Of a DNA stretch of 42,635 nucleotides, positions 1 to 9,447 are shown piece after piece. The stretch is from a virus (Duplodnaviria; Caudoviricetes), in IMG/VR virus record IMGVR_UViG_3300037310_000230, positions 1 to 42,635 of that record. The stretch is one strand, 5' to 3'. Each line of letters begins with the position of its first letter. Position 1 is the first letter of the stretch. The translations under genes and the position numbers were made by a program. Below the pieces are notes generated by a model, which had not been told where the DNA came from, ran no database searches, and was given only the letters and a program-made list of their open reading frames with translations.

Positions 1-776
1 TGCTGGAGTTGAAATTTTCTGCCAGCCGGGTGCGGCGGCTCCAGGTGAGGTTGATGTCGCCCGTGGTGCCGGCCGGGTCTGCCAGCTCGCTCGGCGGGGT
101 GAAGGCTGTCCCGCCCGTGTACTTGCAGCGCCCCTTGACGAAACCGAAATCGTCGATCCATCCGTTGAGCGAACTCGACCCGGTGTCGTAGCTGCCGACG
201 GCGATCGCGTCGCCGCTGTTGCTGCGCAGCGTGGCCGAGCTGCTGGCGCTGGCCTCTTGCGTGCCGTTGACGTACAGGCGAAACGTGGTTCCGTCGCGCA
301 CCGCGGCCACGTGATACCAAGTACTGGTCGTGACCGTCGTTGTGCCGGCGAGACTGTACGCAAGCGTATTGGTACTGTCGAACCCGGCGAACGTGATCTT
401 GGCGCTGCCGTTCACGCCGATCAGGTACGGATAGAAACCGGTGCTGGTTGCTTTGACGCACAGCACAGGCGTGCCAACCGACGAGAACCTCACCCAGAAT
501 TCGATCGTGAAGTCGCCCGTCGGCACGTCGACCGACACGTGATGCGACGCTTTGATGCCGTCGCCCGTGCCGTCGCAGAGCAGGCTTGAGCCGCCGAACT
601 TGCTCTGCGCGGTGTCGATTTGCGCGTTGCCGAGCGCCGAGAAGCTCAGCGCGTTGAGGCTCGAATCGGTGATCGTCGTCGATGTATCCGTGCCGTTGAA
701 GTGCAGCAGCACGCTGATGTCGCTGCCAGCCGCTGCGGTGGCGCGCAGATCGACCGCGCTGAACGGCTTGAGGCCC
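1..776. repeat. Left copy of diverged end overlap (allele A of tail-tip LamG domain)
   Basis: Aligns without gaps to 41860-42635 (offset 41859); about 67 mismatches by hand count, all within 101-673. Confidence 0.97.
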
Positions 777-3343
777 ACCGCCGCCGACGTGACCTGCTGC
801 GCCGCGGCGCTGCTCAGGGCGCGACCAAGCGTCACGCCCTTCAGGTAGCGCAGTGCGCCGATCTCGCTGGTGGCCACCGGCATGCGCCGCAACCCGGTCG
901 TGCGCAGCAGCACGAACCGCTCGTTCGCCGCGTGGGTGCCGGTGGCCCACTCGGTGCCGCGCCGGGCCCGCAGCAGGCCGCTCAGGGTGTAGATGCCCGT
1001 GCTCACCAGCGTGGCCGTGCGAAACTGCAAAACCTCACTGCCGATGCGGCAGGCGTTGGCTCCGTTGTTGAGCAGGTTGTCTCGGCTGTCGCTGCTGAGC
1101 GTGCCGGGCGCCACGTTCACCGTGACGGTGTTCACCTCGTCGAAAACATTGCCTCCAGCCCAGTCAGCCAGCGCGGTGCTCGCGGTGCCGATCACCGCGG
1201 CCTCTGTGACCGTGGTCTGCTGCGTATACGTGATGTCGTCTGGACTGGTGAACGCCGCGGCTCCCGGCCATGGCGTGCTGGAGCCGCGCGCGGCGACGTA
1301 GTACCCGGCGTCGTCGTCGGCGTCGCGCAGGATCGGCATGTCCAAGGCTACGAGCAGCGTGTCGGCCGGGCTCGACACCGTGGCCGCGGGCGTGTAGTCG
1401 GTGCTCGTCACACCGGCAGCCGTGAGCACGCTCGCATCGTCGAGCACAGCGTCGAATTCCAACACGCCCTGCGCGTCGGTCTTCTGCACCAGGCGCAGGC
1501 GGTAGGTGCTCGCATCGTCGTCAGTCACGGTCACCACGTCGCACGGCTCGAGCCTGGCGTAGCTCTGCAGCAGCGCGATGCGCGTCGACGCCAGAGCGGC
1601 CACCTGCAAGTCGAGCAGCATCACGTCGGCGATGGCTTTGGCCTCTGCCGCCGTGAGCGCGAGCGGCAGCTCGAGGGTGTTGATGGTGCGCGCGGCGCTC
1701 ACCAGCCGATCGGCCTGCTGCAGGTCGGTGGTGTAGTCGGCATCGGCGTTGAGGTAGCGGATGGCGATGCCGCTGGGCAGCTCGAGTTCGCTTCCCGGCT
1801 TGAGCGCCAGCGGCTCGGCCGCCCCGTCGCTGCTGCTGCTGGCGCCGAGGTCAGCGAACGGAATGCTGGCCACACTGGCCGAGCCGCGGCGCCTAAAGTA
1901 CAACTTGTCGCTCAGCACCGCATCGAAGAAGTATGCGGCCTGCAACACCTCCAGTGCGGTGCGTGTGGCGCCCACCTGCGTGAGCGCGAAACCGCGCAGC
2001 GGCTGGGTGATGCTTGCCAGGTCCGTCACGTCGATCTGCCCCGCCGTGAGCCCGGCGCGCTCGCACAGAGCCAGCACCGCATCGTCCACGGCATCCTGTG
2101 TAATCGTGGCGCCGATGCCGATGACTTGGAGATCGGAGTAGTCGCACTGCGTGGTGGTGCCGCCCGAGTCGTTGAAGAAGCCCTGCTGCGTGACGGCGAT
2201 GCTGGTGTGGCTGCCGCTCAGCGTGGCACTGATGACTGTGGCGCCGGTGCCGAGATTGGTGATCACTGCTGTGCTGTTGCCCGAGCCGCTGATCAGGTTG
2301 ACCTCGAGCTGCAACCAGGTGAATACAGGCAGTGCCGCCGAGCCGATGGTCGTGGCGGTGCCGTTGATGGTGACCGCCGGGCGCTGCAGGGCGTCGAACA
2401 CCGCCTCGCGCGACGGCGCGAACGCGAACGTCGTCGCACTCGAGCCGTCGAGCAGCTTGAAGATCGTGGCGTCGTCCGCCTGCAGGTCGCGCAGGCGAAA
2501 CTTGATCCGCACCGCATTGGCCGTGCTGGTGGGCACCGTGCGCCGAATCTCGTCGGCCGTGCTGGCGGTGCGCGAGACACCGGAGATGGCGATCCCGTAC
2601 GCGTCGCCGCCGTCCTGGAACCCGGCCAGGGTGCCGGTGATCACCGAATAGGGCGCCAGGCCGTCTGGGAAATTGTCGTTGTAGCCTTCGCCTCCAGGCG
2701 TGCCGGCGGCGAATACCTCGAAGGTGAGGTTCGGTATCGCGCCGCTGCCGCCGAGCTTGAGTCCCTCGATGAACACGCTGGCCCGGCCGCGATAGGCCGG
2801 CGCGTTGCCGGTGCCTACTGCAGCCTCGTACGTCGGGTCCGGCAGTTGCGATGCATCGCCGCCATAGAACGTCAGGCGCGACCAGTTTGCGCCTGCCGCG
2901 CTGGCCGCGCGGGTTGCCGCGGTAGCACCGGGAGCCACGTTGTAGACCAGCTTGCCCTGGCTCCACATGCGCGCCAGGCCCGCCATCGGGTTCTCGGTCA
3001 GGCCGATCAGCAGGTCGACCTCGTAGGTGTAGGTCGTGACCTCGGTGCTCGGCCCGCCCTTGCCGCCCTGTTCGGTCGTCGTCGCGATCTCGCGGCGCTC
3101 GCTGGCCCACCAGATTTGGCCGGGCACCACCATCATGCCGCGCACGTAGGGTATGGCCTGGCCATACTCGACCCCTGTGACCCGCAGGTCTTCGATCTTG
3201 GGGCCCTGCACGCGGTTCGGCCGTGCGGTGACGGCACCGACAGCCGCGCCGATGGCCCATCCGTATTGCGCGCCCGCGGGGTTTCCGCCGCTCGCAAAGT
3301 AGCCGACAACAGCGCCCGCTGCAGCGACGACGAGCCGGCCCAT
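1..3343 (-). CDS. Tail tip / host-specificity protein (GTA megatron / J-like), N-terminal part; continues across the junction to the stop at 41636 (~1188 aa)
   Basis: Missing from ORF track because it runs off the edge. ATG at 3343 overlaps the NlpC stop; reads MGRLVVAAAGAVVG...GPKIEDLRVTGVEYGQAIPYVRG...QIWWAS...QLPDPTYEAAVGTGNAPAYRGRASVFIEGLKL...IPNLTFEV; same frame as 41636-42571. Frame spot-checked, not every codon. Confidence 0.88.
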   Translation of the reverse strand, partial: MGRLVVAAAGAVVGYFASGGNPAGAQYGWAIGAAVGAVTARPNRVQGPKIEDLRVTGVEYGQAIPYVRGMMVVPGQIWWASERREIATTTEQGGKGGPSTEVTTYTYEVDLLIGLTENPMAGLARMWSQGKLVYNVAPGATAATRAASAAGANWSRLTFYGGDASQLPDPTYEAAVGTGNAPAYRGRASVFIEGLKLGGSGAIPNLTFEVFAAGTPGGEGYNDNFPDGLAPYSVITGTLAGFQDGGDAYGIAISGVSRTASTADEIRRTVPTSTANAVRIKFRLRDLQADDATIFKLLDGSSATTFAFAPSREAVFDALQRPAVTINGTATTIGSAALPVFTWLQLEVNLISGSGNSTAVITNLGTGATVISATLSGSHTSIAVTQQGFFNDSGGTTTQCDYSDLQVIGIGATITQDAVDDAVLALCERAGLTAGQIDVTDLASITQPLRGFALTQVGATRTALEVLQAAYFFDAVLSDKLYFRRRGSASVASIPFADLGASSSSDGAAEPLALKPGSELELPSGIAIRYLNADADYTTDLQQADRLVSAARTINTLELPLALTAAEAKAIADVMLLDLQVAALASTRIALLQSYARLEPCDVVTVTDDDASTYRLRLVQKTDAQGVLEFDAVLDDASVLTAAGVTSTDYTPAATVSSPADTLLVALDMPILRDADDDAGYYVAARGSSTPWPGAAAFTSPDDITYTQQTTVTEAAVIGTASTALADWAGGNVFDEVNTVTVNVAPGTLSSDSRDNLLNNGANACRIGSEVLQFRTATLVSTGIYTLSGLLRARRGTEWATGTHAANERFVLLRTTGLRRMPVATSEIGALRYLKGVTLGRALSSAAAQQVTSAAVGLKPFSAVDLRATAAAGSDISVLLHFNGTDTSTTITDSSLNALSFSALGNAQIDTAQSKFGGSSLLCDGTGDGIKASHHVSVDVPTGDFTIEFWVRFSSVGTPVLCVKATSTGFYPYLIGVNGSAKITFAGFDSTNTLAYSLAGTTTVTTSTWYHVAAVRDGTTFRLYVNGTQEASASSSATLRSNSGDAIAVGSYDTGSSSLNGWIDDFGFVKGRCKYTGGTAFTPPSELADPAGTTGDINLTWSRRTRLAENFNSS

Positions 3344-3798
3344 CAGCCCACTCCATGCAGCCGGTACGCCGCGCAGAACCGCATCGACGCGCTGAACATC
3401 AGCCGGTGCTCGACCACGCGGTGCACCATGGCGTGCTCGTACGCGTGGATCATGCTCAACCCGCCGTGCCGGTAGTCCGCCACGATGCCGAGGTGTTGAG
3501 GCCGGCTGTCGAACGCCACGACCAACACATCGCCCGGCTGCATGGCGGTCTGCTCGATGCACACCATGTATGCTTCGCACCAGCGCAGCAGGCTCACGCC
3601 GTCTGGCTGCCGGGGGTAGTGCGTCACGTCGAAATCAGGCGCCACGAGACCAAGCTCTCGCGCCACGCCGATCACGAGTCCGGCGCAGTCCACCGCCAGG
3701 CCCTTGGTGCGCTGCTGGTGCTGAAACGGCGTGCCGAGCCAGCCGCGCGCGCAGGCCACCACATCTGTGCCAGATACCTGGAGTGCGGCCGCGCTCAT
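3343..3798 (-). CDS. NlpC/P60 tail-associated peptidase
   Basis: ARGWLGTPFQHQ...VDCAGLV...QPGDVL...QHLGI...MIHA; ATG at 3798 overlaps the upstream stop. Confidence 0.92.
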   Translation of the reverse strand: MSAAALQVSGTDVVACARGWLGTPFQHQQRTKGLAVDCAGLVIGVARELGLVAPDFDVTHYPRQPDGVSLLRWCEAYMVCIEQTAMQPGDVLVVAFDSRPQHLGIVADYRHGGLSMIHAYEHAMVHRVVEHRLMFSASMRFCAAYRLHGVG

Positions 3799-4658
3799 GC
3801 CGAGGGCTCCACGGTCTTGATGAGGTCGTTGATCTTGGGCCGGTGCGGCTCGCCGTTGAACTGCAGCACCTGGTTGAACTTGGCAATGCAGTCTTCGGCC
3901 AGGCGCTTGCGGCAGCCGGCCACCACGCTGTAGGTGTGTCCGACGGCCACGGTGCCGAGCATGGGCAGGGCGAGCGTGAACGCGCCGGCGGTGAAGGTTT
4001 TCACACGCGACACGAGGCCGTTGTTGGGCCCGCTCGTCCATGTGAGCAGGCCCTCATCGAAGTAGCCGGCCGCCTCGGCGCGCGTGCTGTCCGTGAAGAC
4101 CTGATTGCTGACGACACTGGTTACTGAGCCGGTCACGGTGTAGCTGGCCAGCGTGACGGTGCAGATACTGTCGCGGCCATTGTTCACGCCCAGCCGGTTG
4201 CGGCACGTCTTGCTGCTGGCCTGGCCCACCGGCTGCTGCAGGTACTGCTGCAGGCCGCGCAGCTCGGCCCACACGGTGTTGCGGCGCAGCTCTACCTCGC
4301 CCACTACGCCGGCGAGCAGCGTGTCGATGCCGTCGGCCACGTTGGCCCAGTTGTAGCGAAAGAGCACGAACGCACTGTTGTGCCAGCGGCGGCCGAGCAC
4401 GTCGGCCTTGGTGAACACGGTGCCGTCGTCGAGCGTGGTGAGTTCGAGGTTGTCGACGTTGAGGCCGGCGCTGAGGGCGATGCTCGTGGCGTCGAGCCCC
4501 GGGTTGGCCTTGTAGAGCACGCTGCTGATGGTGGCATCACGGTCGGCGCTGGTGAAGCCGTACACCGTGGCGTCAGGCCGCGTGATCTTGAGCGCGGTGG
4601 CCCAGGTGGTTGTGCGTTGGGCCGCCATGGTGGCAAGGCCGGACGGAAGGGTTTTCAT
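3795..4658 (-). CDS. Baseplate hub protein (DUF2163/BR0599-like)
   Basis: YGFTSADRD, AELRGLQQYLQQPVG..SKTCR, GCRKRLAEDCIAKFNQVLQFNGEPH; ATG at 4658. Confidence 0.9.
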   Translation of the reverse strand: MKTLPSGLATMAAQRTTTWATALKITRPDATVYGFTSADRDATISSVLYKANPGLDATSIALSAGLNVDNLELTTLDDGTVFTKADVLGRRWHNSAFVLFRYNWANVADGIDTLLAGVVGEVELRRNTVWAELRGLQQYLQQPVGQASSKTCRNRLGVNNGRDSICTVTLASYTVTGSVTSVVSNQVFTDSTRAEAAGYFDEGLLTWTSGPNNGLVSRVKTFTAGAFTLALPMLGTVAVGHTYSVVAGCRKRLAEDCIAKFNQVLQFNGEPHRPKINDLIKTVEPSA

Positions 4659-5281
4659 CCGAGCGGGTCTTCCACGATGCGGATGGATTCCCAGCGCAGC
4701 AGGCTCTCGCCGTTCGGGGCGCGGTGCACCAGTTCGGCCTCCCGCTCGTCGAACTCGAACATGCATGGCACGTCGAATTCGCAGCTTGCGGTGCGGGTGG
4801 CCCCACCTGGGGCAGACGCGAACGTGACGACCCCGGTGTCAAGATCGACGGTGTAGTTCGCTGGGCTGGCCTGCAGCGCGCCATTAAGGAATACCTGCAA
4901 CGTGCCGGCCACAATGCGGGTGAGGCGTCGCACCTCTCGGAAGGTCGGCTCGTCGCTGCCGTACACCTTGGCGAGCTGAAACGTGGTGCTGGTGATCTGC
5001 GTGAGTTCGCTGTCGGCCACAGCCAATTCGTAGTCCGTCCAGTCCTTCAACCGGAACGAATGCGCCCGGCCCCGAGCCTTGCGGAAGAAGGCGTCTGCCG
5101 CTCGCCAGTCAGCATCGTTCTTGATGCCCTGGCTTATCTCGTACCGATGCCGCGGGTAGGCCCAATTCTGGTTGCGCTGCACGCTGCCGCTCGTGGTGTA
5201 GGCCACGGTGGTGCTGTACATCGGGCCACCCACCGCACCCGTGGTGATGTGTTCAGGGAACCGCTCAGCGAGGAAGCCCAT
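4655..5281 (-). CDS. Distal tail protein (DUF2460-like)
   Basis: RFPEHITTGAVGGPMYST, FFRKARGRAHSFRLKDWTD, FQLAKVY, EFDVPCMF; ATG at 5281. Confidence 0.9.
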   Translation of the reverse strand: MGFLAERFPEHITTGAVGGPMYSTTVAYTTSGSVQRNQNWAYPRHRYEISQGIKNDADWRAADAFFRKARGRAHSFRLKDWTDYELAVADSELTQITSTTFQLAKVYGSDEPTFREVRRLTRIVAGTLQVFLNGALQASPANYTVDLDTGVVTFASAPGGATRTASCEFDVPCMFEFDEREAELVHRAPNGESLLRWESIRIVEDPLG

Positions 5282-5288
5282 GCTGGCC

Positions 5289-8009
5289 TCAAAGGTTGCG
5301 CTGCGCGCGGCCGAGCGCGGTGGCTGCGCGCGTGGCCAATTGCGCCTGGCTGGCGCGGTCTGTAGGCTGCGCGAGGTAGAAGTTCTGGGTGACGTTGGCT
5401 TGCGCGCTCTCGCCGCCCATGTTCCAGCGGTGGCGCGGGTCGGCTTCGGTGAGAACCTCTTCGCCCCGGCGGAGGATCGCCGGAACCTCGCCGACGACGC
5501 CGCCGCCGTGGTATCTGGAAGCACCGTCCCACGCCTTCACTGCCACGCGGCGGCTGCGGCCCCCGCCACTCACGACGCCGCCGCCGTGGAACACGGATGC
5601 CGACACATCGAGCAAGCTGCCAACGGCGTCGCCGCCGCCGCTGGAGACGGACGCCGCAGCGGCGAGCTCCACCGCCGCGGTGAACGTGATCAGTGCGGTC
5701 GTGGCCGCCGCGGTGGCCGTTGTCTCAGCCGCCTTGGCCGCCGTGGCTGAAGCGCTGGCCGCTGCGGCGCCGGCATCTCCGGTGCCGCCACCGATCTGAC
5801 CGACGATGCCGCTGAAGAGCCGCTCGGCCCCGCCGCCCGTGCCGTTGGCACCGATGCTGCGAATCGCACCCGTGATGCTGTCGGCCAGCGGTTTGGTGAT
5901 GAGGTCTTGCGTGACGAGGCGCAAGAGTTGGTTGCCAAGATCATCCAGCACGTCGGAGAGCTTCTTGCCCTCGAGCAGCGCGTCGGTGAAGCTCTGCGCA
6001 ATGGCGTCGCCGCCCTGCTTCGCGAGCTCGTTGAACCGGATAAGTCCCGGGTCTTTGGCATCGAATGCCCGCTTCCTGGCAACGCGCAGGCGCTCCAGGT
6101 AGAGCAACACCGCCGGGTCCTGGCTCGTGGCGGCCAGGGCTTCGGTCTGCGTGATGAGCCGGTCGATCTGGACGAGTTCGCCTTCACGCAGCCGCTGCAG
6201 CTCGCGCTCGGTCTCTGCGCGGCTCAAGCCGGCGCGCTCGGCCCGGATGGCGAACTGTTCCTCCGCGAGTTGCGCCCGCTCGCCGACGCGGCTGATTTCT
6301 TCCTGGAGCCGAGAGAATTCGGTTTGCAGGCGGAGAGCTCGCTCAAGCGTCTCAATGCGCCCAGTGTCACCACCGCCCGCGGCCAACTGTCGCTGAGCAT
6401 CCTGGATCCGCTGGGCGTTGCGCAGCAACTCGGCTCCGAAGCGGTCGCCGCTGATCTCGGCAATCTGCGCGTCGAGCTCCACCAGGCTGCGGCGGAAGTC
6501 GTCTGTCGCGCGCTTACGCTGCGCCTCGGCAACCTCGGTGGCCTGGCCAGCCTCTCGGTAGGCCTTGGCCTGCTTCGCCAACACGTCGGCGATGCGGTTC
6601 TCGATGTCCTCGCGTTCCTGCGGCTTCGTCTGTCGAGCCTGGAATTCACGGAGAGCCGCAATCTCCTTGTCGAATAGGGCCTGCTGGACGTCGAGCGACT
6701 GCTGCTGAATGCGCGCCTTCTCGGCGTAGAAGTTCTCGATCGACCGTTCGCCGTTGGAGAACTCGTCCTGAAGGCGCGTGTTCTGGAAGGCGAACAGATC
6801 GGCCTCGATCGCTGCTGCTTCCTGGATGGCCTTGATGCGGCCTTCGAGGATCTTGCGCAGCCGGGCCTCTGCGTCGCGCTGAGCCTCTGCATTCTGCAGG
6901 CGCGGTGCCGCGCCGCGCACCGGAGTGCGGTCCCTTTCGCCAGACCTGAAGGCGTCGAGCGACAGGCCGGGTGATGTCGCCGCGCTCAGCCGCGCCACCT
7001 CGTCTGCTGCTGACTTTGCCGTCGATTCAACGAGCGCGAGTTGCCGCGCGATGACTTGATTTCCAGGGCTCGCTGCCAACTGGGCCTTCAGCTTTGCAAC
7101 TTGCGCCGTCGTTGCTTCCAGCTCGCGCTGCGCCTCTTGGAGAGCATCAGGCTCCAGCGATGGGCCAAACGCAAGCTCGCGCGTTGCCTTGCCGCTAAGA
7201 ACATCTTTCAATCGCTCGACGGAGAACTGAAGCAGCGTTCCGTTCCGCGCAGCCTCGACCATGCGATCGCTTAGGTCGCCAAGCCGATCGAGTAGGCCAC
7301 CGGCAATCGACACTTTCAACGCACTCGACGCGACGCCGAGTTTCGTCATGTTGTCATTGAACCGCTCGGCATCCGCGGCCAGCTTGCCGCTGATGACGCC
7401 GCCGAACTTTTCGAGTTCGGCGCGCGCATCGGCGAAACCCTGCCGGCCACCGTTGAGCAGCGGGATCAGTTGTTCGAACGATTTGCCGCCGATGGCGTTG
7501 GCGATGGCGAGCTTTTCCGGCCCGTCGGCGTAGGTGGCGAACCGATCGGCCACGTCGGCAAGCACCTTGTCGGCGCTGCGGGCCCGGCCCGCGGCATCCG
7601 TGACTGACACGCCGATGAGGCGGAAGGCCTCGGCCTGCTCTTTCTCGCCCCGACCGGCTGCGGCGATGTTCAGGTTGAACCGCTTGAGCGCGCCCGCCAG
7701 CTCTTCGGTAGAGACGCCGGCCAGCTTCGCCTGATAGTCGAGCGCCGATAGTTCCTCGACCGCGATGCCGGTGCGCTGGCTCAGCTTGTTCAGCTGATCG
7801 GCATAGTCGATCACCTGGCGCGGGTTGAGGGCGGCATTAAGTCCAGCTGTCGCAAGCCCGATCGCGCCGAAGCCGGCGGCGAAGTTGCGCAGGGACGATA
7901 CGGTGGCGTCTGCGCTCTTGCGCATGGCCGCGAGGTTTCGCTGCGCGGTGGCGAATGCTGCGGCCGTCTGGTCCTTGCCGCTGATGATGATCTCGGCGCG
8001 TTCAGCCAC
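5289..8009 (-). CDS. Tail tape measure protein (906 aa)
   Basis: Long Ala-rich helical ORF after the chaperones; ADQLNKLSQRTGIAVEELSAL; C-terminal FHGGGVV...EVPAILRRGEEVL. Confidence 0.93.
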   Translation of the reverse strand: MAERAEIIISGKDQTAAAFATAQRNLAAMRKSADATVSSLRNFAAGFGAIGLATAGLNAALNPRQVIDYADQLNKLSQRTGIAVEELSALDYQAKLAGVSTEELAGALKRFNLNIAAAGRGEKEQAEAFRLIGVSVTDAAGRARSADKVLADVADRFATYADGPEKLAIANAIGGKSFEQLIPLLNGGRQGFADARAELEKFGGVISGKLAADAERFNDNMTKLGVASSALKVSIAGGLLDRLGDLSDRMVEAARNGTLLQFSVERLKDVLSGKATRELAFGPSLEPDALQEAQRELEATTAQVAKLKAQLAASPGNQVIARQLALVESTAKSAADEVARLSAATSPGLSLDAFRSGERDRTPVRGAAPRLQNAEAQRDAEARLRKILEGRIKAIQEAAAIEADLFAFQNTRLQDEFSNGERSIENFYAEKARIQQQSLDVQQALFDKEIAALREFQARQTKPQEREDIENRIADVLAKQAKAYREAGQATEVAEAQRKRATDDFRRSLVELDAQIAEISGDRFGAELLRNAQRIQDAQRQLAAGGGDTGRIETLERALRLQTEFSRLQEEISRVGERAQLAEEQFAIRAERAGLSRAETERELQRLREGELVQIDRLITQTEALAATSQDPAVLLYLERLRVARKRAFDAKDPGLIRFNELAKQGGDAIAQSFTDALLEGKKLSDVLDDLGNQLLRLVTQDLITKPLADSITGAIRSIGANGTGGGAERLFSGIVGQIGGGTGDAGAAAASASATAAKAAETTATAAATTALITFTAAVELAAAASVSSGGGDAVGSLLDVSASVFHGGGVVSGGGRSRRVAVKAWDGASRYHGGGVVGEVPAILRRGEEVLTEADPRHRWNMGGESAQANVTQNFYLAQPTDRASQAQLATRAATALGRAQRNL

Positions 8010-8012
8010 GGA

Positions 8013-8369
8013 TCACCTCTTGCGGATGGACTTGCCGAGCTTCGCTGCGAATTCCCGAATCTGGGCGTCTGCCTGGGCCTTGGTGGGCTTGGGGGACTCG
8101 CGCTTCTGCGCCCAGATAGGCGGCGCGAAGTCGCGGCCGTTCCACAGCTTCTTGTCTCTGCGGATGAGAGGGCCGTTGTGGAGCGAAGCGAGCATGAGGG
8201 CCCAGCGATCGCGATCGCTGCCGGCACCAGCCTCCTCGGCTTCCATCCACGCCTGCCACAGGCCGAACTCGCCGGCCGACATGCGCCGCCCCAACTCGGC
8301 GACGGTGCAGCCGAACTGCCATGCCAGCCGGTGCGCTGCACGCAGCTCCGGCCGGCGCGTCAGTTTTTT
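8013..8369 (-). CDS. Frameshifted C-terminal part of tail assembly chaperone (gpGT-like)
   Basis: -1 frame from the slippery site: KKLTRRPELRAAHRLAWQFGCTVAELGRRMSAGEFGLWQAW. Confidence 0.85.
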   Translation of the reverse strand, partial: KKLTRRPELRAAHRLAWQFGCTVAELGRRMSAGEFGLWQAWMEAEEAGAGSDRDRWALMLASLHNGPLIRRDKKLWNGRDFAPPIWAQKRESPKPTKAQADAQIREFAAKLGKSIRKR

Positions 8370-8770
8370 TCGTTGGCCCCACCGTCGAACCCGTTGAGTC
8401 GGAAAGCGACGTTCGCAAGCTGGATCGCGACGGAACGATTGCGGGCCCCGAAGGTCTGCCACTCGTCCACACTGAGCAACGGCTCGTCGCCCTCTCCAAG
8501 CACGGTGCGCGCGAGGAGCTGCGGCACCATGGCGTGGACGGATCTGCGCGGAGACCTCGCCGCACTTGGCGTTGCCCCAGATGGAGAGGAGGGGGGATCA
8601 CCTGGCTCGGCCTCCGCTTTGAAGTCCCCGCGCAGAACTTGGTCGAGATCGAGGCGGTCCGTCAGCGTCATCTCGGTGACGATCACGTCGCCCCTGAGCG
8701 CCGGGACCGACACGATCTCGCGCTTCAATTCCAGCTGCCCTGCGACAGCTGTCCGATTTGCCATTGCCAT
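8360..8770 (-). CDS. Tail assembly chaperone (gpG-like)
   Basis: Between tail tube and tape measure; ends at the slippery site. Confidence 0.85.
   Translation of the reverse strand: MAMANRTAVAGQLELKREIVSVPALRGDVIVTEMTLTDRLDLDQVLRGDFKAEAEPGDPPSSPSGATPSAARSPRRSVHAMVPQLLARTVLGEGDEPLLSVDEWQTFGARNRSVAIQLANVAFRLNGFDGGANEKN
8363..8369 (-). promoter_or_regulatory. -1 ribosomal frameshift heptamer A AAA AAC
   Basis: GAA AAA AAC TGA at the end of the chaperone ORF; -1 frame open to 8013. Confidence 0.88.
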
Positions 8771-8799
8771 GCCGAGCCCCCGCTGGCTGAGAAAAAACG

Positions 8800-9438
8800 T
8801 CAGGTCGACCAGATCGACGGCACGCCCTGCGCCTCGAGCGAGACGTTGGTCTTCACCACGTCTTGCGCGGCGCCCGTGGGGATGCCCGCCGCCGAGACGT
8901 AGGAGTCGAACGCCATCTTCGAACCGGACGCGAAGCGCAGGCGTACAGCGCGCTTGGTGAGCTCGGTGGTGGCCTCCTTCAACTCGATCATCGCCGAGTC
9001 CGTCGGCGCGAACAGGCAGCCGAAGGCCAAGGAGAAGGGGGAGACCACGGTGGGCACGCGCCGACGCACCTGGTCATGGATGGTGGTGATGTCGGCGAAC
9101 TCCGGTTCGCCGCCAGACACGTTCACGTCTTGCACATTGGACATGCTCACGCCGAAGGTGAGCACCGAGAACGTGCCGGACGTGAAGGTCTCGTAGTTCG
9201 TGGTGTTTTCGCCCTCGATCTCGAAGGTGTTGCTGCCTGCGTTGACGTTTGCAACGCGCCCGATGCGCTCGTGCAGCTCCACCATGCCGGCGACGCTGAA
9301 GCGCACATAGTCGCCGTTCGCCGGGTCGGTGCCGGTGTAGGTGACAACGCCGGGGTTGGCCTTGCTGATCGCGTTGATCGTGATGCCGGTGGCCGCCGCG
9401 GTTTCCACGTCGACGCCTACGTTTGCCCAGAAGTCCAT
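8800..9438 (-). CDS. Major tail tube protein
   Basis: ITINAISKANPGVVT...NTFEIEGENTT...SGGEPEFADITTI; position; GAGG RBS. Confidence 0.88.
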   Translation of the reverse strand: MDFWANVGVDVETAAATGITINAISKANPGVVTYTGTDPANGDYVRFSVAGMVELHERIGRVANVNAGSNTFEIEGENTTNYETFTSGTFSVLTFGVSMSNVQDVNVSGGEPEFADITTIHDQVRRRVPTVVSPFSLAFGCLFAPTDSAMIELKEATTELTKRAVRLRFASGSKMAFDSYVSAAGIPTGAAQDVVKTNVSLEAQGVPSIWST

Positions 9439-9447
9439 GGTGGCCTC

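Noticed and set aside
1-776. Diversity-generating retroelement TR/VR pair
   Set aside because: Mismatches include many C/G and synonymous third-position changes rather than adenine-specific ones, and no reverse transcriptase is present.
620-3475. 951-aa plus-strand ORF and similar long antisense ORFs (16732-18663, 18957-20543, 35969-37102)
   Set aside because: Shadows of real genes on the opposite strand caused by high-GC codon bias; no recognisable motifs.
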